From the NCBI GenBank assembly GCA_041640035.1, contig JBEQBC010000001.1:192001-256000 (forward strand): a stretch of 64,000 nt of DNA, written 5' to 3'. This document shows positions 58,685 to 64,000 of this stretch, one piece after another. This DNA is from Candidatus Nanohaloarchaea archaeon. GTDB taxonomy: Archaea; Nanohalarchaeota; Nanosalinia; Nanosalinales; Nanosalinaceae. Each line of letters opens with the position of its first letter. Position 1 is the stretch's first letter. A model generated the notes under the pieces. It had not been told where the DNA came from and ran no database searches. It was given only the letters and a program-made list of their open reading frames with translations. The translations under genes were made by a program, and so were the position numbers.

Positions 58685-58724
58685 ACCGAGTTTTTATATT
58701 TGAAGCCAGAGAATTAACCAGTAT

Positions 58725-59210
58725 ATGTTGGGAAAGCCCGATGAAAACCGTAACAAGTTTCTCAGCTCAATTGTATTCCTCTTTGTCGCCGTAGGGTTCG
58801 GGCTCGGACTCACAGTTTTCATAGGATTAAATATACTGAATAACTCCCAGCTAGTATCAGACGGAGAATCATCAATCGCACTTCTCTCATTCGCATTACT
58901 TATCCTATCATTCTTCATAGGTCCAGCAGTATCCGCATTCACAGGATTCATGACCGGGATGAAATCAGAATCATCCGGAAAAGGCATGACCACCAGCCTG
59001 TTTGGATCATTTATCGGCTTCCTGCTGATGATGGTCCTAGCCCTGACTTTTGGTTCACAGGCTATTTCAGAAGAGCTTATGAATCAGTTGATCGGCGATC
59101 AGAACTTCCTGCGTTACATGGTCGGTCCTGTGCTTCAGGCAAGCATACCGACAAGCATAGTCGGACTGGTAGCAGCAATCGTAGGATTCAGATTCAACCA
59201 GGAAGATTAA
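58725..59210 (+). CDS. 4-TM membrane protein
   Basis: Four hydrophobic helices. Confidence 0.65.
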   Translation: MLGKPDENRNKFLSSIVFLFVAVGFGLGLTVFIGLNILNNSQLVSDGESSIALLSFALLILSFFIGPAVSAFTGFMTGMKSESSGKGMTTSLFGSFIGFLLMMVLALTFGSQAISEELMNQLIGDQNFLRYMVGPVLQASIPTSIVGLVAAIVGFRFNQED

Positions 59211-60172
59211 AAATCAGTAAGCGAGCTCTGATTCTCCTTCAAAGCCCTAGCATTATATCCATATTCTCTTTTCAGATGTGAGGCAAACTCAGAATCAAAA
59301 CCGTGATGTGTGTAGACTTTTTCTGGATCAACCTGTTGGACAAGCTCTACGAGATCATCAAAACCACAGTGATCTGAAAGCGGGAATACCTTATCGTATC
59401 CTCCCCGGTGTCTATAGGATTCCTGCACGCCCCATCCTGAAAAACCGGCTTTAAGACCATCTGATTTCTCTACAAGCTTCTGTACTGCATCGCTCCGTGA
59501 AAAACTTGTCGGACCTATGAAAACCGCTTCTCCATCTCTAAGAAGATCCTTGTTCTTCCCGTATTCAAGTGCATCAAATGAAAGATCAGTATGTTCTTCT
59601 ACGATTCTGTTCATCTTCATAACGCTTCCGTGTGCGACTATCGATTTATCCGTGCTGTTTTTGACGATGTGCTGTATCTTCTGCGCTTTACCTAGAGAGT
59701 AACCGAACAGGTAAGGTGTTTTACTGGTGTCCTGGATCCAGTCCCCGATCTGTTTCTCCACCTCTCTCTGTTCAGGTAAACGATAAGCTGGAATGCCGTA
59801 GGTTGACTCTATTACCAGTTTGTCTGCCTGTACGGGTTGAAATCCTTCGAGGTAGACTCGGTTCTGCAGCGATACATCACCGGTGTAGAGTACTTTTTCG
59901 CCGTTCCCCTCGATAAGTACAGAGGAAGAACCGATTATATGTCCAGAAGACATCAGTTCGATGTTCCCGTGCTTTTCTGTTTCAATCTCGCTGTTAAGCC
60001 TCTCAGAACCAAGTTTTTGAGTTAGTTCAGAGGTTATAACAGGATTGTCTCCGCGGTGTACATGGTCCATGTGTGCGTGTGATACGACTGTGTGGTCACC
60101 TGATGCTTTTCTGGAGTCTATCACATACCTGTTTTCAAGTTCTATATGAATTCCATCCTTTTCTCGTATCAC
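59207..60172 (-). CDS. MBL/beta-CASP-like exonuclease
   Basis: SHAHMDH, GHIIGS, ESTYG, LSDHC, HG. Confidence 0.85.
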   Translation of the reverse strand: MIREKDGIHIELENRYVIDSRKASGDHTVVSHAHMDHVHRGDNPVITSELTQKLGSERLNSEIETEKHGNIELMSSGHIIGSSSVLIEGNGEKVLYTGDVSLQNRVYLEGFQPVQADKLVIESTYGIPAYRLPEQREVEKQIGDWIQDTSKTPYLFGYSLGKAQKIQHIVKNSTDKSIVAHGSVMKMNRIVEEHTDLSFDALEYGKNKDLLRDGEAVFIGPTSFSRSDAVQKLVEKSDGLKAGFSGWGVQESYRHRGGYDKVFPLSDHCGFDDLVELVQQVDPEKVYTHHGFDSEFASHLKREYGYNARALKENQSSLTDF

Positions 60173-60266
60173 GGATTACCTGTAGTAGTTGAACTCTTTT
60201 ACCGGATTCCCTTTCCGTATAAAAAACCTGATACAAATGATTTGAAACAGAGGATTCCTTTTCAGA

Positions 60267-60404
60267 GGGAGTGTAGCTCAATCTGGGAGAGCGACCGCCT
60301 CCAGAACAATTTACTGGAGGAATGAGAACCGGTTTGAACTGGTTCGATGATTAACTCTTCGTGGAGTAAGCGGTAGGTTGCATGTTCAAATCATGCCACT
60401 CCCA
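60267..60404 (+). tRNA. tRNA-Trp(CCA) with 64-nt intron (60305-60368)
   Basis: GGGAGTG/CACTCCC acceptor; ACCGC/GCGGT stem; CTCC/GGAG BHB helix. Confidence 0.9.
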
Positions 60405-60579
60405 ATTCTCAAATCATTTAGATGGTTCTAAAGGGTAGTTAAGGGTTTTAACATCATTTTTAGTTGGTTTTAAAAGGTTCCTTGATGTGTTAATGTATAT
60501 TAGAGAAAGAGGATACCTGGGCTTTCCAATGTTTAAATCATGGGTCAGGTATCGCTCTTTTCGAACAGAGTGAGTTACA

Positions 60580-61140
60580 ATGGCAGATGAAGAAGAATCT
60601 GAAGATATTGACAGTAACGAGGAGCAGGAACCGGAAGAAGTTCCAGAGGAAGAAGTAGTCGAAGAAATTGAAGAAGAGACTTCAGGCGGACTTCTAGGTT
60701 CCTTTTCAAGCGAAGCACTTCTGGCCGGAGGAGTTATCTTCGGTATCGCTCTAGGACTAATCACAGGATACGGACTGGCATCAACCAGCTCCGGAGTACA
60801 GAAAGTAAGTCCTGAAGAAGTTCAGAGCACAGTCAGTCAACTTGTTGGCGAGAACGCAGATGTAGGCACACCTGAAGTCCAGAACGGACTTTACAGACTG
60901 ACAATTGAAAGTCAGAGAGAAGTAACCAACCAGACAACCAACGAGACAACCATGCAGACTGCAACGCAGGAAGTATACGCAACTCTCGATAACGAGAAGC
61001 TGTTCGCACAGTACCAAGGATCATTCTATGTCCTGACCGATGTGCAGACAGCTCTGAACAACTTGAACAACCAGCAACCTGCTCAAGGCACTGGAAATCA
61101 AACTTCCGGCAACCAGACCACTGGTAATCAAACAAGTTAA
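60580..61140 (+). CDS. Single-pass membrane protein with acidic N-tail
   Basis: E-rich N-terminus, one TM, GNQT repeats (N-x-T sequons) at the C-terminus. Confidence 0.65.
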   Translation: MADEEESEDIDSNEEQEPEEVPEEEVVEEIEEETSGGLLGSFSSEALLAGGVIFGIALGLITGYGLASTSSGVQKVSPEEVQSTVSQLVGENADVGTPEVQNGLYRLTIESQREVTNQTTNETTMQTATQEVYATLDNEKLFAQYQGSFYVLTDVQTALNNLNNQQPAQGTGNQTSGNQTTGNQTS

Positions 61141-61272
61141 TTGAGTTGCTCCTCGTAGAACGATTTTCCCCCCTTCCCCTCTCATATTTTTCTTAATTTA
61201 TTTTTACTCCAAGGTAACTTCCTGCTTTATACAACTAACAGCCAAAATAGTCAATAAGGTGAATTTATTCTC

Positions 61273-61863
61273 ATGGTAGAACTTGCAGAACTAAAATACG
61301 ATTATGACGCTCTTGAACCCGTAATATCCGAACAGGTCCTTGAATGGCACCACGATGTCCATCATCAGGGATATGTGAACGGCTGGAACCAAGCAGAGGA
61401 AGATCTTGAAGACCAGAGAGATAGTAAAGATTTCTCATCGACTGGAAGCATCCTGAACAGCTTCACACACAATTACTGTGGAACAGTTCTCCACGATCTC
61501 TTCTGGAATGTAATGTCTCCGAACGCGGGAGGCGAACCGGAAGGAGAGTTACTGGAGAAAATCGAGGAAGACTTCGGAAGCTACGAGAACTGGAAGAAAG
61601 AGTTCAAAGCAGCAGCAAAGTCAGCTGGCGGATGGGCACTACTGGTCTACATCCCGAGAACCGACAAACTGCATAATGTAGCAGTTGACAAGCATGATGA
61701 AGGAGCAGTTTGGGGAGCACATCCCGTACTTGCTCTGGATGTCTGGGAGCACAGCTATTACCACGATTATGGTCCGGATCGAGGCGAGTTTATTGATGGT
61801 TTCTTCGATCTTGTTGACTGGAGTCAGGTTGCGGATGAGTTTGAGAACTTGCCTGTACGGTAA
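61273..61863 (+). CDS. sod: Fe/Mn superoxide dismutase
   Basis: HHDVHHQGYV, DVWEHSYY. Confidence 0.96.
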   Translation: MVELAELKYDYDALEPVISEQVLEWHHDVHHQGYVNGWNQAEEDLEDQRDSKDFSSTGSILNSFTHNYCGTVLHDLFWNVMSPNAGGEPEGELLEKIEEDFGSYENWKKEFKAAAKSAGGWALLVYIPRTDKLHNVAVDKHDEGAVWGAHPVLALDVWEHSYYHDYGPDRGEFIDGFFDLVDWSQVADEFENLPVR

Positions 61864-61896
61864 ATTATTTACCCGTCCGTTTCCTATTTTCTTTTT

Positions 61897-62214
61897 ATGC
61901 ATTATAGTGTGCCGCTCAGCTTTTCACTTGCATTTTTCGGAGCCGCAGCGGCTTTTCTTTCAGTTATGATCTATATCAAGTTAAGAGAGGATAGCAAGAC
62001 AGCTATGGTTTCCTTCCAGCTTAAGCCAAGTCAGTCAATCATGGATTTCCGTGCGATTTACTTGGCTAGTTTTATAGAGCTCCTATCATTTGTGATATAC
62101 TTTTTCGGCGCTCTTTCATCCCATTCACTGCTTATGAACTTTGGTAGGATGCTTTCCGCATTGTTCGCGGCGATAACCCTGGTAGTGATGTATCGTTGGT
62201 GGAGGCGGTTCTAG
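61897..62214 (+). CDS. Small 3-TM membrane protein (pair 3, first gene)
   Basis: AMVSFQL and RWW motifs like 40092..40415. Confidence 0.7.
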   Translation: MHYSVPLSFSLAFFGAAAAFLSVMIYIKLREDSKTAMVSFQLKPSQSIMDFRAIYLASFIELLSFVIYFFGALSSHSLLMNFGRMLSALFAAITLVVMYRWWRRF

Positions 62215-62218
62215 AAAG

Positions 62219-62569
62219 ATGTTTCTGCCTGATGTACTTTTCGGATTTTTCGGTACCCTCATCATGATTTTGATGACGGCATACTTGGCTATGATACAGC
62301 AGAACTTCCGTGAACAGAGAAAAATAGCTCTCACGATGTTTTTCCTCAGGGATAAAGGAGCAGGACATTTCAAAGTATTAGCCATATCGATGGTGATCTA
62401 CTCGGCCTCAATGTTTGCTGTAGGTATAGAAATGATCTATGACAGCTATCTCTTGGAGGTTATGTCGAGAATAACCATACTTGTATCTATGGCTGGACTG
62501 CTTTACTTCGTCCGCGGTGTGGAGTTGATTACTGGTATGAGTGAAGATGAGTTAGAGAAAAATAAGTAG
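62219..62569 (+). CDS. Small 3-TM membrane protein (pair 3, second gene)
   Basis: TMFFLR...FKVLAI like 40412..40750. Confidence 0.7.
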   Translation: MFLPDVLFGFFGTLIMILMTAYLAMIQQNFREQRKIALTMFFLRDKGAGHFKVLAISMVIYSASMFAVGIEMIYDSYLLEVMSRITILVSMAGLLYFVRGVELITGMSEDELEKNK

Positions 62570-62646
62570 AAAAATAGAGTTGGGTTATAGAGGCTTTTGG
62601 AAAAGTGATTATGCCTCTATAAGGTTTGAGCGCCTTATTGAAGGGT

Positions 62647-62832
62647 TTAAGCTCTTTTTCCTTCAGATTTCCACTTGTTGACGATGTTGTTACCTTTGTT
62701 CGCTTTCTTGGTACTTGAGTCGTCACTTACATGTTCCTCAGCTCTGTGGATGCCTTCCTTGGTAATTGCATCCTGATCGTCGTCACTGTGGAACTCCTCC
62801 CCGCAATAAGGACATGTGGTTGATTCAGTCAT
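62647..62832 (-). CDS. Small C2H2-type Zn-finger protein
   Basis: CPYC...HRAEEH. Confidence 0.6.
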   Translation of the reverse strand: MTESTTCPYCGEEFHSDDDQDAITKEGIHRAEEHVSDDSSTKKANKGNNIVNKWKSEGKRA

Positions 62833-62989
62833 CTATGTTGTCACCTTTGTATAATGATTATTTTATTCCTTTTGGCTTGCAGTCAATCACGACATGCAAA
62901 GGCCTAAGATTTTCTAGTCTAAGAAGACTAACATATCTAAATCGAACGGTAATCTTTATAAAACAAATGGTTGTTTAACAGGGGTTTGT

Positions 62990-64000
62990 TCATTGAACCC
63001 GGAACTTTGGCAAGTCAGATTTGATCGGCTCCTTCTTATCCGGCTCACTTTCCGAGAGCTCTTTTCTCTCATCCAGCTCAGTGAAAAATGTACTCTGATT
63101 TCCTTGCTCAGCGGTGAAATAAAGATAGTTCTCCGCTCTAGTAGAAGCCACATAGAAAAGCCGCCTCTCCTCATCATAGTTATCAGGCAGAGCCTTCGTC
63201 AGTATCTCACTCTTCCAGTTATCATAAACCACTCCGTCCTCCGCACTGTATATCTTCCTTTTTCGTATACCTGCTGTTTCATCGAACATGACTGCCGAGT
63301 AATTACTGTTGGTGCTCGGGAACTGATCTCTGTTAATATTGGAGACGAAGACGACAGGATACTCCAGCCCTTTTGCGGAGTGAATAGTCTGAACGGTGAC
63401 AGCGTTTTCAGTAGTATTATTATCGGTTTGATAGGTCTCACCTTCCTCGATGTTCTGTTCTATGAACTCTATCAGATCTGAACGGGAGATATAGGTATTT
63501 GTGAAAGTACTATCGATAACCTCTATCATTTTTGTCGTCAAACTGTTGATACAGCCGTATCTCTGGAAAACAGTTGCCGCGATTCCCTGAACAGTCTCCT
63601 TCTCACCCAGTTTATCCCTAAACTCCAGAAGGTTTCCAGGGTACTTCTCATTCTCCAGGATAGCTTCTGCCTCATCCAGGCTATAACCAGTGAACTCCAG
63701 AATCGGTGCCCAACCCTTCGATGAGTTCTTGTTGTTCAAAACTCTGAGCCAGGCAAGCAACAGTTTTCCGGGCCGAGTATTGAATATCTCCATACCTCCC
63801 TCATAAGCTGCTGGTATCCCGTAACTGTCGGCCATCCGCTGTATTTCTATCGCAAAGCTTCTGTTCCTTGATAGAACTGCTATATCTCTGTACTCTATCT
63901 CCCTGCTACCGTTCTCTGTTTCGATCTGGTAGTCAGAATTGTTTACTATCTCTTGTATCTTCGATAAAACTGCTTTATGTTCCTCAGGTGACTCTATCCT
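62990..64000 (-). CDS. UvrD/PcrA-like ATP-dependent helicase, C-terminal part (gene begins beyond the window)
   Basis: DIAVLSR, TIHSAKGLEYPVVF, EERRLFYVASTRA; frame is open to the window edge. Confidence 0.9.
   Translation of the reverse strand, partial: RIESPEEHKAVLSKIQEIVNNSDYQIETENGSREIEYRDIAVLSRNRSFAIEIQRMADSYGIPAAYEGGMEIFNTRPGKLLLAWLRVLNNKNSSKGWAPILEFTGYSLDEAEAILENEKYPGNLLEFRDKLGEKETVQGIAATVFQRYGCINSLTTKMIEVIDSTFTNTYISRSDLIEFIEQNIEEGETYQTDNNTTENAVTVQTIHSAKGLEYPVVFVSNINRDQFPSTNSNYSAVMFDETAGIRKRKIYSAEDGVVYDNWKSEILTKALPDNYDEERRLFYVASTRAENYLYFTAEQGNQSTFFTELDERKELSESEPDKKEPIKSDLPKFRVQ

Noticed and set aside
62833-62990. Helicase truncated into a pseudogene (missing a C-terminal nuclease domain)
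   Set aside because: Motif VI is intact and no frameshifted continuation was recognisable; this cannot be decided without homolog alignment.
1-64000. CRISPR array, IS elements, rRNA, and the many short antisense ORFs in the track
   Set aside because: No repeat-spacer periodicity, transposase or rRNA signature was seen; the antisense ORFs are shadows of acidic-protein codon usage.

Overview
Archaeal DNA, most likely Nanohaloarchaeota (DPANN). The proteome is very acidic at moderate GC, and the window carries an exosome/proteasome superoperon, aCPSF1, intron-containing tRNAs and TATA-led short leaders. From left to right it holds: large secreted surface proteins (1-9.4 kb); two different ProRS genes; an AT-rich stand-alone reverse transcriptase with a helical-repeat tail; an amidoligase/acyltransferase/peptidase cluster (16.8-28 kb); psmB and aCPSF1; an AT-rich Tat-protease islet; the exosome superoperon; three tRNA genes (Ile-UAU and Trp with introns, Ala); and housekeeping genes (lysS class II, nfi, glmS, pcm, sod, partial UvrD). 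The most striking signal is absent from the ORF track: eight tiny upstream ORFs of 12-30 aa in two recurring designs. Type 1 carries G-G/D-R/C-V/F-X, with an identical 13-nt core GGTGGACGCGTTC in three copies; X is Pro before proS and Lys before lysS. Type 2 runs ATG, GGCT hairpin, a run of Tyr/Phe, Phe or Ile codons, stop, second hairpin, SD, and each copy heads a ligase/transferase plus peptidase pair. Together they suggest an undescribed archaeal leader-peptide attenuation system and/or a peptide-modification (RiPP-like) system. All calls come from reading motifs by eye; no database searches were run.
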